A stretch of 64,000 nt of DNA from Bacteriovoracia bacterium (GTDB taxonomy: Bacteria; Bdellovibrionota; UBA1018; JBFWNL01), in assembly GCA_050251055.1 (NCBI GenBank), contig JBFWNL010000001.1, positions 363,825 through 427,824 of the forward strand, read 5' to 3'. Both the position numbers and the translations under genes were made by a program. Positions 9,045 through 18,973 of the stretch are shown in pieces; position 1 is the first letter of the stretch; each line of letters starts with the position of its first letter. The notes beneath the pieces are model-generated. The model made no database searches. It saw only the letters and a list, made by a program, of their open reading frames with translations, and was not told the DNA's origin.

Positions 9045-10694
9045 ATGCCAAGTGCTCGTCAGATAGCCAACAAAGCCTGGAGGTGGCTGCTGCTCGCGGG
9101 GCTAGCCGCCTTCGTGTTGCTGCCCATCCTGAGCCTGTTCGCCCAGGTGCGCACGACCGACCTCGAAGAAATAGCCGCCTCTACCGGTTTGGCCAAGGTC
9201 ATGCACGTGACATTGATCTCGGCGCTGGGTGGCAGCCTCATCTCGCTTTTTCTAGGCGTTATCTTCGCCCGGCAGTTCGGCATCTACCAGTGGCGGGGCA
9301 AGCGCTGGCAACGACTGATGCTCCTCATTCCGTACCTCGTACCAAATTTCATCCTGGCATCTGCATACGTCACGAGTTGGAATCCCGCGACGGGGCTGCT
9401 GAACCCCGTGACACGCTTTCCGTTTGGGCTTTATGGCGTCTGGGGCATGACTTTCCTTTTTGGCGTGACTCACGTTCCCGTCGCGTTTCTACTATTGGAA
9501 GACAAACTCAAGCGCATGGACATGTCCCTGCGCGAAGCGGCTCGCCTCTCGGGTGCCCGTTCATTTGCGATTCTCTGGCGCATTGATCTTCCGCTCCTGC
9601 GCCCGACTTTGCTCTCCGCGCTGGGACTTTGCTTCGCGCTGAACTTATCCGCGTTCGCGATTCCCGCCTGGATTGGTGCGCCGGAAAAGGCGTTTCCGCT
9701 CACCTACAAGATCTATCAGCAGATTCAGCTCGGTGGCGCGGAAGGCATCCCTTCGGCCGCCGCTTACTCGCTGATCCTCTTCTTGCTCACGCTCCCGCCG
9801 CTCGCGCTCAACGCCTGGGCCCAGCGCGACTCGAAAAAATACGCGCTCGTTTCAGGCAAGGCGGCGCGCGTCTCGGATCTCGTGCAAAAGCCCGGAAAAT
9901 TCGCCGCGTTCCAAGGTTTTTTTTGGATCTCGCAGCTCTTCATCTGGATTGGCCCCTTGTTCGCGCTCCTGGCTTCGACCCTCGTGAAACCCGGGTGCCT
10001 CCAGTCGTCGGGCCTGGCCTGCTTCGAGGAAGTCTCGTTGCGCTCCTACCACTACGTCCTCTTCGAACTCGCCGAAACCCGGGTCGCTTTCTACAATAGC
10101 CTGGTCTACGGAACGCTAGCGGCCGCCTGTATCCTGGCGATTTGTATCGCGGCGCTTTTCTTGTTCTCGCGCCTGCGCGGCGCCTCCCGCGCCGTTGAGT
10201 GGGTCTTCGGCATTCCCGTCGCTACGCCGGGGGCGATCATCGCCCTGGGGCTCATCGTGGTATATTCTGGCCAGTACGGAATCAATCTTTACAACACCCC
10301 TTGGATCGTGGTCGTGGCCCTGATCCTCAAGCATCTCAATCTCGCTTACCAGCCCCTACGCACGGGCATGGCAAACATTTCCCAGTCGCTCTTCGAAGCG
10401 GCCGAGCTCTCGGGCGCCCGCGGACTGCAGGTTTGGAGCCGGGTCGTACTACCGATCCTAAGACCCGAATGCGTGGGTGGATTCTTTCTCGTGCTCGTGC
10501 CCATCCTGGGCGAGCTGACGATGTCGATTTTTTTGGCGAGCCCCGGCTACCGGTCCATCGGCACGGTGCTCTTTGATCTTCAGGACTACGCCGACCAAGC
10601 TTCGGCCGGAGCGCTTTCGGTGCTGCTCGTGCTGATGATTTTGATCGTGAATGAACTCACGCGGTGGCTCAGCCGCGGAAAGCTGGGCTACTAA
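9045..10694 (+). CDS. ABC transporter permease (FbpB-like, two EAA loops)
   Basis: About 12 TM segments; EAA motifs EAARLSGA and EAAELSGA. Confidence 0.9.
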   Translation: MPSARQIANKAWRWLLLAGLAAFVLLPILSLFAQVRTTDLEEIAASTGLAKVMHVTLISALGGSLISLFLGVIFARQFGIYQWRGKRWQRLMLLIPYLVPNFILASAYVTSWNPATGLLNPVTRFPFGLYGVWGMTFLFGVTHVPVAFLLLEDKLKRMDMSLREAARLSGARSFAILWRIDLPLLRPTLLSALGLCFALNLSAFAIPAWIGAPEKAFPLTYKIYQQIQLGGAEGIPSAAAYSLILFLLTLPPLALNAWAQRDSKKYALVSGKAARVSDLVQKPGKFAAFQGFFWISQLFIWIGPLFALLASTLVKPGCLQSSGLACFEEVSLRSYHYVLFELAETRVAFYNSLVYGTLAAACILAICIAALFLFSRLRGASRAVEWVFGIPVATPGAIIALGLIVVYSGQYGINLYNTPWIVVVALILKHLNLAYQPLRTGMANISQSLFEAAELSGARGLQVWSRVVLPILRPECVGGFFLVLVPILGELTMSIFLASPGYRSIGTVLFDLQDYADQASAGALSVLLVLMILIVNELTRWLSRGKLGY

Positions 10695-10700
10695 GAGGGG

Positions 10701-11663
10701 TTGCGTATGAAAATAGACAATCTGCAAAAAACCTACGGCGAAGCGAAGATTCTTAAGGGAATTTCCCTTGAGATCCAAAAAGGTCAGTTTATCTCGCTCT
10801 TAGGCGCTTCCGGTTCCGGCAAGACGACGATCCTCCGCTGCATCGCGGGCCTGGAAATGCCGGATGCCACAAGCGGCCGCATGGAACTGAACGGCCGGAT
10901 ATTTTCCGGGGAAGGCGCATCGTTCATGCCGCCCGAGCAGCGAAACCTCGGCATGGTATTCCAAAATTACGCCGTCTGGCCGCACCTGGACGTCTTTGAG
11001 AACGTGGCCTTCCCGCTTCGCATCCGCGTCCGCCAAGGAAAATTCGCGGCCGGCGAAGTCGCGCCGAAAGTGCAATGGGCGCTTGAGCTCGTGAAACTCA
11101 AGGGCTTCGAAAAGCGTTTCGCCCATCAGCTCTCCGGGGGCCAGCAGCAGCGCGTGGCCTTAGCGCGAGCGCTAGCGATGTCCCCCGACTTGCTCTTGCT
11201 TGACGAACCGCTCAGCAACCTCGACGCGCTTTTGCGCGAGGAGCTCGGTTCGGAAATCCGCCGCCTGCAGCGCAACCTCAACCTCACCACGATTCTCGTC
11301 ACCCATGATCAAAAGGAAGCTCTCTCGCTTTCGGATCGCATCATCTTGCTGAATCAGGGGCGGATCGAAGCTGACGGCACGCCGGAATCGCTATACGGAC
11401 AACCGCCTACCCCGTTTGTCGCGACTTTCCTCTCGGGCGCGCAAACCTTGAGCACGGGCAAGAACGAAATGAGAGCTTTTTTGCCTCGCCGCTGGAAGTG
11501 CGCGAGCCAGGCGAAGGGGGATTTCACCATCGTATCCCGCATCTATCTGGGGAACGAATACGAATACTGGGCGCAGAACGAAGGTTACTCGGAACCCGTC
11601 CGCTTCTTTAGCATTGAGCGCATGGAGATGGGCAGCCAGGTCGCTCTGACTTACCAGGGCTAA
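10701..11663 (+). CDS. ABC transporter ATP-binding protein (FbpC/PotA-like)
   Basis: Walker A GASGSGKT, signature LSGGQQQR, Walker B LLLDEP, VTHD. Confidence 0.95.
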   Translation: MRMKIDNLQKTYGEAKILKGISLEIQKGQFISLLGASGSGKTTILRCIAGLEMPDATSGRMELNGRIFSGEGASFMPPEQRNLGMVFQNYAVWPHLDVFENVAFPLRIRVRQGKFAAGEVAPKVQWALELVKLKGFEKRFAHQLSGGQQQRVALARALAMSPDLLLLDEPLSNLDALLREELGSEIRRLQRNLNLTTILVTHDQKEALSLSDRIILLNQGRIEADGTPESLYGQPPTPFVATFLSGAQTLSTGKNEMRAFLPRRWKCASQAKGDFTIVSRIYLGNEYEYWAQNEGYSEPVRFFSIERMEMGSQVALTYQG

Positions 11664-11666
11664 CCG

Positions 11667-11990
11667 TCAGCGCTTCTTGAGCCGAGGCGCTCCCGAGGCT
11701 TCCGCCGAAGCGTCCCGCGCGGCGTCGGCCATGCATTCGTCGTAGCCCGACTCACCCTTGGCGACCTTCTTGCCGGTGCTAGTCGTGCAACTCGTGCTCA
11801 CTTTCATGCGAATCTGCGAAGGCGGGGCCTCCATCGGCTTGGTCATTTTGAGCACGTCTTCTGCGCCGCCACCACCGATGCCGGTGTTCACCGGCACGCT
11901 CCCTCGATCCTCGGCCCGCGCCAGCCCGCTCCCGCTCAGGGAGCAAGTCAATCCCAAGGCCGCCGCCAACCCCCAGGTTGCTATAGACAT
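11667..11990 (-). CDS. Hypothetical exported protein
   Basis: Signal-like N-terminus; Cys pair (SCTT...YDEC); start overlaps the M3 peptidase stop. Confidence 0.65.
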   Translation of the reverse strand: MSIATWGLAAALGLTCSLSGSGLARAEDRGSVPVNTGIGGGGAEDVLKMTKPMEAPPSQIRMKVSTSCTTSTGKKVAKGESGYDECMADAARDASAEASGAPRLKKR

Positions 11991-14128
11991 TATCGGGCGC
12001 TCCGGCGGGAACGTAGGCGCTCCGACGAACCCGCCTTTTGGATGCCCAGCTTCTCCAAGAAGCGCTGGTTACTTGGCTCACGACCCAAAAAGGCCTTGAG
12101 GATATCCATCGCGTCTTTCATGTTGCCAGCCTCCAGGATATGGCGGCGATAAGCGGCGCCCAGCTCCGGATTCAGAAGCCCACCGGCTTCGAAAACCGAG
12201 AACATGTCCATCGCATAGACTTCCGACCACAGATAGCCGTAGTACCCGGCGTCGTAGCCGCCCATCATGTGCCCAAAACCCGCGACGAAACGGCCGCCGG
12301 CAAGGGGTTTCACGCCTAAAACCTCTTCGTAAAGGCGGTCATAATTCCGGGTGACATCGACCTTGCCCGAAGCCGTGTGCATAGTAAGATCGGTGAGTCC
12401 CAGCATGATCTGGCGGGAATAATGATATCCCTGGCCAAAGTCACGCACCGCGAGCATCTGCTTGAGCAGCTCGGCCGGGAGCTTCTCGCCCGTACGGTAG
12501 TGGCCGGAGAGCTTGGCCAGAATTTCCGGCGTCCACACCCAGTTTTCCAGCATCTGCGAGGGGGCTTCCACGAAATCGCGCGCGACCGACGAGCCCGCGA
12601 GGCTCGCGTACTTACCGCGGGTGAGCGTCTGGTGCATGATGTGCCCAAACTCGTGAAAAGTCGTCTCCACTTCGTCGTGGTTCATGAGCGAAGGCTTGCC
12701 GTCGGCGGGGGGATTGAAATTCGCCACGATCGAGGATACCGGCCGCGAGTAAACGCCGTCGCGCTCCCGTCCCTGGATGAGGGTAAAGGCCGCTGCATGG
12801 CCGTACTTCCCTTGGCGAGGGGTGAAATCCGTGTAGAAGTACGAAAGCGTTTGCTTCGTCGCCTTGTCCACGATGCGATAAAGCTTCACGTCTTTATACC
12901 AGACGATCGCGTCGGGCTCCTCGATGAACTCGACACCCAGCAGGGTCGAATAGGTCTCGAACATGCCCTTCATCACGACTTCCGCCGGGAAATACTCCCG
13001 AATCAGCTCGTCGTCCAACTGGAAGTCGCGCTTCTTCACCTGGTACATGAGATAGTTGATGTCCCAGGCTTCGACCTTTTTTGCGCGGGAGTCTTCCGTC
13101 TTCTTGAATGCAAGCAGCTGGGCGAGATCCTTCTTCAGGCGGGGCTGCACTTTCTTGCGCAGATCCTGCAGGAAATCGCGCACATTCTTCGCGCTCTTGG
13201 ACATGCGCTGGCTGGTGCGGTAGTCCGCCCAAGTCGCGTAGCCCATTACCTTCGCGATCTGCTGGCGCAGCAGGATCGCCTGCTCCAGGAGCTTCGTATT
13301 CACTTCGCCCTGACGGTTGCTATACGCCATGAGCATGCGCTTACGCGTCTCGGCCTGCTTTGCGTTTTCCATGACCTGGAGGTAATCGGTCGATTTCGTG
13401 GTCACGGTATATACGCCGGCGTCATCCTTCGGGAGCCGCTTGAGAAAACTCTCGGACACCCCCTCTAGCTCAGCGGCGGTGAAGGCGACCTTGGTCGCAT
13501 CATTGGTGAGGTTGGTGGAAAACTGGGTCTCGAGCTTTGAAAGCTCCTGCATGAGTTTCTTGACCTCGGCGAGCTTCTCGTCCGAGAGCTTCAAGCCGTT
13601 TTGCTCGAAGCTTTTTTTGGTTTCATTCAAGAGGCGCTGCTCGTCGGCGTCACGACCGCGCAAATCCTTGATCGCGAGATAGAGCGCCTTACGGGTGTAA
13701 ATGTCCACGCCGAACTCCCCAAGCTTAGCTTCGCAGGCGGTGGCTTCCTTGCGCATTTCGGCATCTTCCGAGACATACCCCATGAAAGTCAGCGGTGAGG
13801 TCAAATCACCGAGATCCGCTACCGCCGCCTCCAGTTTTTGAATCGTGTTGTCGTTCGTGCGCGCCTCCCCGGAGAGGCTACCGATTTCCTTGAGCGCCGT
13901 GTCCGTCTGCTGAATGGCCTGATCGCAAAGCTGGGTGATTTCCCCCTTGGCGTAGTCGGAGCGAATCAGGGCCGCTTCCGAAGCCGGCGGCTCGGGAATT
14001 TCACGGCTCGGCGCCCCGCCCGGAGGGGTGCCCGTGAGCGGCTTTTGCTTGGCTGGCAACCCGGTTCCGCAAGCCACCAACAACGTCACGAGCAGCATGG
14101 ATCCAGATATACGCGTGAATTTACCCAT
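11990..14128 (-). CDS. M3A metallopeptidase (thimet oligopeptidase-like) lipoprotein
   Basis: Lipobox LVAC; HEFGH zinc motif; DFVEAPSQMLE; GYDAGYYGYLW. Confidence 0.95.
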   Translation of the reverse strand: MGKFTRISGSMLLVTLLVACGTGLPAKQKPLTGTPPGGAPSREIPEPPASEAALIRSDYAKGEITQLCDQAIQQTDTALKEIGSLSGEARTNDNTIQKLEAAVADLGDLTSPLTFMGYVSEDAEMRKEATACEAKLGEFGVDIYTRKALYLAIKDLRGRDADEQRLLNETKKSFEQNGLKLSDEKLAEVKKLMQELSKLETQFSTNLTNDATKVAFTAAELEGVSESFLKRLPKDDAGVYTVTTKSTDYLQVMENAKQAETRKRMLMAYSNRQGEVNTKLLEQAILLRQQIAKVMGYATWADYRTSQRMSKSAKNVRDFLQDLRKKVQPRLKKDLAQLLAFKKTEDSRAKKVEAWDINYLMYQVKKRDFQLDDELIREYFPAEVVMKGMFETYSTLLGVEFIEEPDAIVWYKDVKLYRIVDKATKQTLSYFYTDFTPRQGKYGHAAAFTLIQGRERDGVYSRPVSSIVANFNPPADGKPSLMNHDEVETTFHEFGHIMHQTLTRGKYASLAGSSVARDFVEAPSQMLENWVWTPEILAKLSGHYRTGEKLPAELLKQMLAVRDFGQGYHYSRQIMLGLTDLTMHTASGKVDVTRNYDRLYEEVLGVKPLAGGRFVAGFGHMMGGYDAGYYGYLWSEVYAMDMFSVFEAGGLLNPELGAAYRRHILEAGNMKDAMDILKAFLGREPSNQRFLEKLGIQKAGSSERLRSRRSAR

Positions 14129-14168
14129 TTCTATTCTCCCTCATCGGTAATTAGGTCAGCAGTCGATC

Positions 14169-14184
14169 AGCAATTAGCAAGCCA
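14169..14184 (-). promoter_or_regulatory. Sigma54 -24/-12 promoter for the M3 peptidase
   Basis: Minus strand TGGCTTGCTAATTGCT with GG-N10-GC spacing; 40 nt upstream of the ATG. Confidence 0.65.
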
Positions 14185-14361
14185 CCCCTCAATCGACATC
14201 AAAAAAATCGCCTTTTCCCAAAAATGCTCGGGAAATTCAAAATTTTCACGACCTACCACCCTATGACGCGACAAGCTGTATAGGGAAATTTTTTCGTGCC
14301 TGGCCCCCTTCCGACACCTTCTAAGATTGACAAGCCTTCCTAAAATCCAGAGGCTATTGGT

Positions 14362-15798
14362 ATGGAATTAATCGACCTCCTGTGGCAGGCCGTTCTGCAA
14401 TTCATCGACGTCATCCTCCATCTCGATACTCACCTTCTACTTTGGGCGGGCTGGATGGGCCCCTGGATCTATGCTGTACTCTTCGCCATCATTTTTGCCG
14501 AAACGGGACTCGTCGTCTTTCCATTCTTGCCCGGCGACTCTCTGCTCTTTGCCCTAGGCGCACTCTGCGCGGCAAGTGGCGCTAACGCGGAAGACAACGT
14601 TCTTGTTTACCACTGGGTCGCAATCACGATCCTTAGCGCCGCCTTCTTGGGCGATATCACCAATTACAGCGTGGGCAAGCATATCGGAGTGAAAGCTTTC
14701 AACAGCCGCTTCCTCAATCAAAAGCACCTGAAGCGCACCGAGGAGTTCTACGCCAAGCACGGCGGCAAGACCGTGATCATGGCCCGGTTCGTTCCCATCG
14801 TGCGTACCTTCGCGCCGTTTGTCGCCGGAGTGGGCACCATGACCTTCCGCCGCTTCATCACCTTCTCCGTGGCGGGTACCGTCCTGTGGGTGCTCACCTT
14901 CCTAACGGCGGGTTACGTGTTCGGAAATATCCCGGCCGTGAAAGGCAATTTTCACTTCGTCATCTTCGGCATTATCGGCGTCTCGGTACTGCCCATGCTC
15001 CTGGAATACCTGAAGGCCCGCCGCGCCAGCGCCGCCGTGAGCGTGCTGCCCCTGCTCCTGGGTTTTGGCCTCGCGGTTTTACCGGCCCACGCCGAGGAGA
15101 TCACGGGAGCGGGCGCGCATTCGGAGGCGGACGCCGCCGCTGAATCCGACTGGAAGGCGCATCTGGAAGTTGGCCTCTATGGCAGCGTGTTCGGAGCTTA
15201 CAAGCAAGGCAATCTGGGAAACTGGTTTCGCGCCGTGGCCCAAAGCCCCGAAGCGTCTCTTCGCCCCGGTTCCGCGCCAGCCTATCAGCTTGAAGTGATG
15301 ATCTTGAATTCACCACCCTCGGATCGCACGCGCGTAGGCGGGGGCTTCGGACTGTATAAAAACATCGCGACCGGCATCCAAGGTACCCATGACGGAACCG
15401 AGCTAACCCTCGAACCGACGGTACTCTCGGCGTTCATTCCCCTGCAGATCGGCCTGGGGCCGGTTCGAAGATCGGGAAAACGTTCCGCGTTCTTTACCTT
15501 GGAAGGCGGACTGCTCATCGGCTGGGTCACGGGCCAACTCCAAGCCGGCGAGTTTCAGCGAACCCGCTTTCTCGCCTCGCCCGGCATGGGGCTATCGCTA
15601 GCTACGGGCTTCCAGTATTTTTTCACGGGAAATCTAGGCCTTTCCTTAAAGGCGGGTTATCGCGCCTTGAAGACTGATCTCACCTACAGCGACGAACTCA
15701 GTCCGACCGGCTTCTCCAAGCCCCAGGTTAACGGCGAAACGGTATCCGCCAATTTAGGCGGATTTTATGGCCTCGCCGGGATAGTGGCGCACCTGTAA
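14362..15798 (+). CDS. DedA-family membrane protein fused to a C-terminal outer-membrane beta-barrel-like domain
   Basis: N-terminal ~220 aa has DedA motifs FAETGL, PFLPGDSLLF and ARFVPIVRTFAPFVAG. Then a signal-peptide-like segment and amphipathic beta strands (FQYFFTGNLGLSLKAGYR). Confidence 0.85.
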   Translation: MELIDLLWQAVLQFIDVILHLDTHLLLWAGWMGPWIYAVLFAIIFAETGLVVFPFLPGDSLLFALGALCAASGANAEDNVLVYHWVAITILSAAFLGDITNYSVGKHIGVKAFNSRFLNQKHLKRTEEFYAKHGGKTVIMARFVPIVRTFAPFVAGVGTMTFRRFITFSVAGTVLWVLTFLTAGYVFGNIPAVKGNFHFVIFGIIGVSVLPMLLEYLKARRASAAVSVLPLLLGFGLAVLPAHAEEITGAGAHSEADAAAESDWKAHLEVGLYGSVFGAYKQGNLGNWFRAVAQSPEASLRPGSAPAYQLEVMILNSPPSDRTRVGGGFGLYKNIATGIQGTHDGTELTLEPTVLSAFIPLQIGLGPVRRSGKRSAFFTLEGGLLIGWVTGQLQAGEFQRTRFLASPGMGLSLATGFQYFFTGNLGLSLKAGYRALKTDLTYSDELSPTGFSKPQVNGETVSANLGGFYGLAGIVAHL

Positions 15799-15820
15799 CC
15801 CTTTGTGGTAGCTAGTCCCT

Positions 15821-16201
15821 ATGTTCAAGCTTGTCTTCCGCACCCGGGATTCGGAAAACTCCGGGACTGCGGAAACCACCTTTGAAATCGATCCCGATCG
15901 GCGCCCCTCGAGTGAGATGGGAGAGCCGGGCAGCCTCCTGGATATGGCGTTGGCGTTGGGCGTGGAGATCGATCATGCCTGCGGCGGCGTCACGGCTTGC
16001 TCCACCTGTCACGTTTTCATTAAACAGGGGGGCCGCTCGTGCAAAGCCGCGAGTGAGGCCGAAGAAGACCAGCTCGACAATGCGCCCGCGGTATCGTTCG
16101 AGTCCCGCCTCGCGTGCCAAGCCGTGCCCGACGGCACGGAGGATATCGTCGCGGAAATTCCCGCTTGGAACCGGAATCTAGTAAAGGAAGGCCCGCACTA
16201 G
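15821..16201 (+). CDS. fdx: 2Fe-2S ferredoxin (ISC/adrenodoxin type)
   Basis: Motifs HACGGVTACSTCHV and SRLACQ. Confidence 0.88.
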   Translation: MFKLVFRTRDSENSGTAETTFEIDPDRRPSSEMGEPGSLLDMALALGVEIDHACGGVTACSTCHVFIKQGGRSCKAASEAEEDQLDNAPAVSFESRLACQAVPDGTEDIVAEIPAWNRNLVKEGPH

Positions 16202-16581
16202 GGCATGAGGTGCCGGAGCATGTCGCGCATCGAGAGGATGCCGACGATCTTGAACTCGTCCACCACCGGAAGGTGGCGGAACTTGCCGTTCATCATGAGC
16301 TGCGGGAGTTCGCCCAGCTCGTCGTGCATCTGCACGCAAACGAGTTCCTTGGTCATCGCCGCCGCCACCGGCTGATCGATGCTAACCTTCGCGGCGACCA
16401 CGCGCTTGAGGAGATCGCGTTCCGTGAAAATTCCCACGGGATGTTTCTTTTGATTCACGACGATCACGGCGCCGATGTTCTGCTTCGCCATCGTCTGCAC
16501 GACGGAGAGGATCGTTTCCGACTCGTCCACGGTCTTCACATCAGAAATCATCAAATCGCGCACGTACTTCGCTGATGCCAT
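16198..16581 (-). CDS. CBS-domain pair protein
   Basis: Motifs VRDLM, GIFTERDLL, FRHLPVV and GILSMRD. Confidence 0.92.
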   Translation of the reverse strand: MASAKYVRDLMISDVKTVDESETILSVVQTMAKQNIGAVIVVNQKKHPVGIFTERDLLKRVVAAKVSIDQPVAAAMTKELVCVQMHDELGELPQLMMNGKFRHLPVVDEFKIVGILSMRDMLRHLMP

Positions 16582-16690
16582 GAGCCATCCCCTCCTTAGG
16601 GTTTCATGAAGGTTTCTTCAATATATTTGACGAATTCGGTGAAAAACACAAGCTTGACGCAACAGGCAAAGCGGGCCCAAGCCCCCGCGC

Positions 16691-16969
16691 TTACACCCGC
16701 CGCTTTTTTACTTCAATGAAGCTGACGAACTCTCCGTATTTGGGCGTACTCACCACCAAGCTCCAGGTCGTCCCTCCACCCGAGTAGAACTGGATCTGCG
16801 TGGTTTTGTACTTCGATTTGCTCCTACGCTTGGTCGCCTTCACGGCGAGGGTCTTACCCCGGCCGGCGAGCACGATCTCCTGCGCCTGGCTGTTCACGCT
16901 GACGAGGTACTCCCCGGCGGGGATCTCCACCGTACCGCACTCGCCATCTCCGGAAAGGGTGATCTTCAT
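16691..16969 (-). CDS. Hypothetical small basic protein
   Basis: ATGA overlap with the metG stop; plausible beta-rich 92-aa ORF. Confidence 0.7.
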   Translation of the reverse strand: MKITLSGDGECGTVEIPAGEYLVSVNSQAQEIVLAGRGKTLAVKATKRRSKSKYKTTQIQFYSGGGTTWSLVVSTPKYGEFVSFIEVKKRRV

Positions 16970-18894
16970 GGGGCGGGAGGAAAGTAATTCCCTTTCGGAC
17001 CGATTTCGTGCCCAGCCGGGATCGGGGTCCCGAGCTCGTCCACGCGGAAGACATCGGTCGGCAGATTCAACGACTCGCGCAGGCGACCCATCGTCGCCGG
17101 CGCGAAAGGATACAGCATGATGAGCAGGTTTTTGAGCACGTAGAAGGCGCTGTAAAGCCCGTCGCGGCGTTGATCCTCCGGGAAGCGGTCATCGTGCGGT
17201 TTATATTGCGTGAAGATGCTGTTGATGGAGCGCGCGTAGTTCTCGATCGCGCCCAGAAGGCTCGCGTACTCGGCGCGGTCCATCGCCTTCACGTACCGGC
17301 GCACGATCTGCACCGTATCGGAGTGGATCTTATCGAGCAGCTTTCCTTCCGGTACCTTACCGCCGAATTTGGAGTGCACCGCGGAGATTGGTTTTTCAAA
17401 CGCCGCGTTCATGGGACCGGCAAGGAAGCGGTTGCGCTCATTCAAAGTTTCGATATCGAAATTCGAGGCTTTTTCCGCGAGGCTGAGCGTGGCCAGAAAA
17501 TAGCGAACCTGATCGGGATCGTAACCCTTTTCGTCGAGGAGCTGATCGCCGGTGTAAAAGTTTCCCTTGGACTTGCTCATCTTCTCGCCGTTCACCTGCA
17601 GATGGTAGACGCCGAAAATGTCCGTCAGCTGGTACTCGTTCTCGAGCGGCAACCGCAAAGGATCCGCCTGAGTGCCCAGCCACATCGCCCCCTGCATGAG
17701 GGTGTAGAAGAACACGTTGTCCTGGCCCAAGAATTGATAGACGCGCGCGCGGGGATTCTGCCAAAACTCGGCGTAGCGCGCGGGGTCGCGCCCACTCGCT
17801 TTAAGGGACACCTGCGAAAAGGAAATGGGGGCAATGAGCGAGTCCGGCCAAACGTAGAGCGTCTTGCCCTTCATGTCGGGATCCACGTCCTCGGGGATGG
17901 GAATTCCCCAGCTCACGTCACGCGTAATCGAGCGGTGTGCCCACTCGTTCACGAGCTCGGTCGGGATCTTCAGCTGCGTCTCCAGCTCGGCCCGGCCCTT
18001 CTCCATGTCTGCGCGCGTATCAAACTGCAGCGCGATTTTCTTGCCGGGCGCGTACCGAGGCTTGTGCTTCGGTAACGTCGCTTTCATCGCCTTGTAGGCG
18101 TCCTCATGTACGGCGTCGAAACGGAAAGCCGGGAGCAGGGTTCCCAACACTTCGGCCAGTACGGGCTTGCGCCAGGTGTTTTCCTTCGTTTGAATCCACT
18201 GGCGCAGCACCTCGGCGACCTTCCACATATCGAGCCAAAGGTGGGCGGTCTCCTTCATGACCGGTACGGCGTCGCTGATGGCGCTCTTGGGGTTCAGCAA
18301 CGAAGAGGACGGATATTGCATGCCGCAGCTATCGCACTCATCGCTGTAGGCGCCTTCGTTCGTGCACTTGGGATTCGGGCACCGGCCCTTCACGTAACGA
18401 TCCGGCAGAAAGCGGTTAAGCTTGGGATCAAACCACTGTTCCGTCACGCGTTTTTCAAGCATGCCGTTTCCGTGGAGCTTGCGAATGAAGTCCTGGGCGA
18501 TTTTTTCGTGGATGGGGTAGCACTCGGGACGGGAGGTGCCGGTGTAAAGCTCCACGCCGATCCCGTAACGCCGAAGCGTCGCCGCCTGCTTATCGTGCGT
18601 GCGGTCGATGAATTCGCGGATGGTAACGCCCGCCTGGATCGCCGCCACTTCGCTGGTCGACCCGTGATCGTCGGTGCCATTCACGAAGAGAACGTTTTCC
18701 CGTCCGATGAGCATGCCCATCCAGCGCGAGAAAATATCGGCCGGCACGTGCGCGCCCGCCAGATGCCCGATGTGCAGCGGCCCGTTGGCGTAGGGCATCC
18801 CCGCCGTCACGACGACGCGTTCGGGTCGATTGACCGTACGCAGCACGGATGGGACATCCGTGGGCGGTCCGCGATTTTCTCCGGGATTGCCCAT
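16966..18894 (-). CDS. metG: Methionine--tRNA ligase
   Basis: PYANGPLHIGH, zinc knuckle CPNPKC...CDSC, YVWPD, KMSKS. Confidence 0.95.
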   Translation of the reverse strand: MGNPGENRGPPTDVPSVLRTVNRPERVVVTAGMPYANGPLHIGHLAGAHVPADIFSRWMGMLIGRENVLFVNGTDDHGSTSEVAAIQAGVTIREFIDRTHDKQAATLRRYGIGVELYTGTSRPECYPIHEKIAQDFIRKLHGNGMLEKRVTEQWFDPKLNRFLPDRYVKGRCPNPKCTNEGAYSDECDSCGMQYPSSSLLNPKSAISDAVPVMKETAHLWLDMWKVAEVLRQWIQTKENTWRKPVLAEVLGTLLPAFRFDAVHEDAYKAMKATLPKHKPRYAPGKKIALQFDTRADMEKGRAELETQLKIPTELVNEWAHRSITRDVSWGIPIPEDVDPDMKGKTLYVWPDSLIAPISFSQVSLKASGRDPARYAEFWQNPRARVYQFLGQDNVFFYTLMQGAMWLGTQADPLRLPLENEYQLTDIFGVYHLQVNGEKMSKSKGNFYTGDQLLDEKGYDPDQVRYFLATLSLAEKASNFDIETLNERNRFLAGPMNAAFEKPISAVHSKFGGKVPEGKLLDKIHSDTVQIVRRYVKAMDRAEYASLLGAIENYARSINSIFTQYKPHDDRFPEDQRRDGLYSAFYVLKNLLIMLYPFAPATMGRLRESLNLPTDVFRVDELGTPIPAGHEIGPKGNYFPPAP

Positions 18895-18973
18895 AGTTAC
18901 CAAAACTCACTATAAACCTTGGTCCCCAGACGTGCCAGCCTCTTTTGCGCTAAAAATGCTATATAAAGGATGC

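Noticed and set aside
18904-18973. LexA box upstream of dinB
   Set aside because: No CTGT-N8-ACAG or other clear dyad visible.
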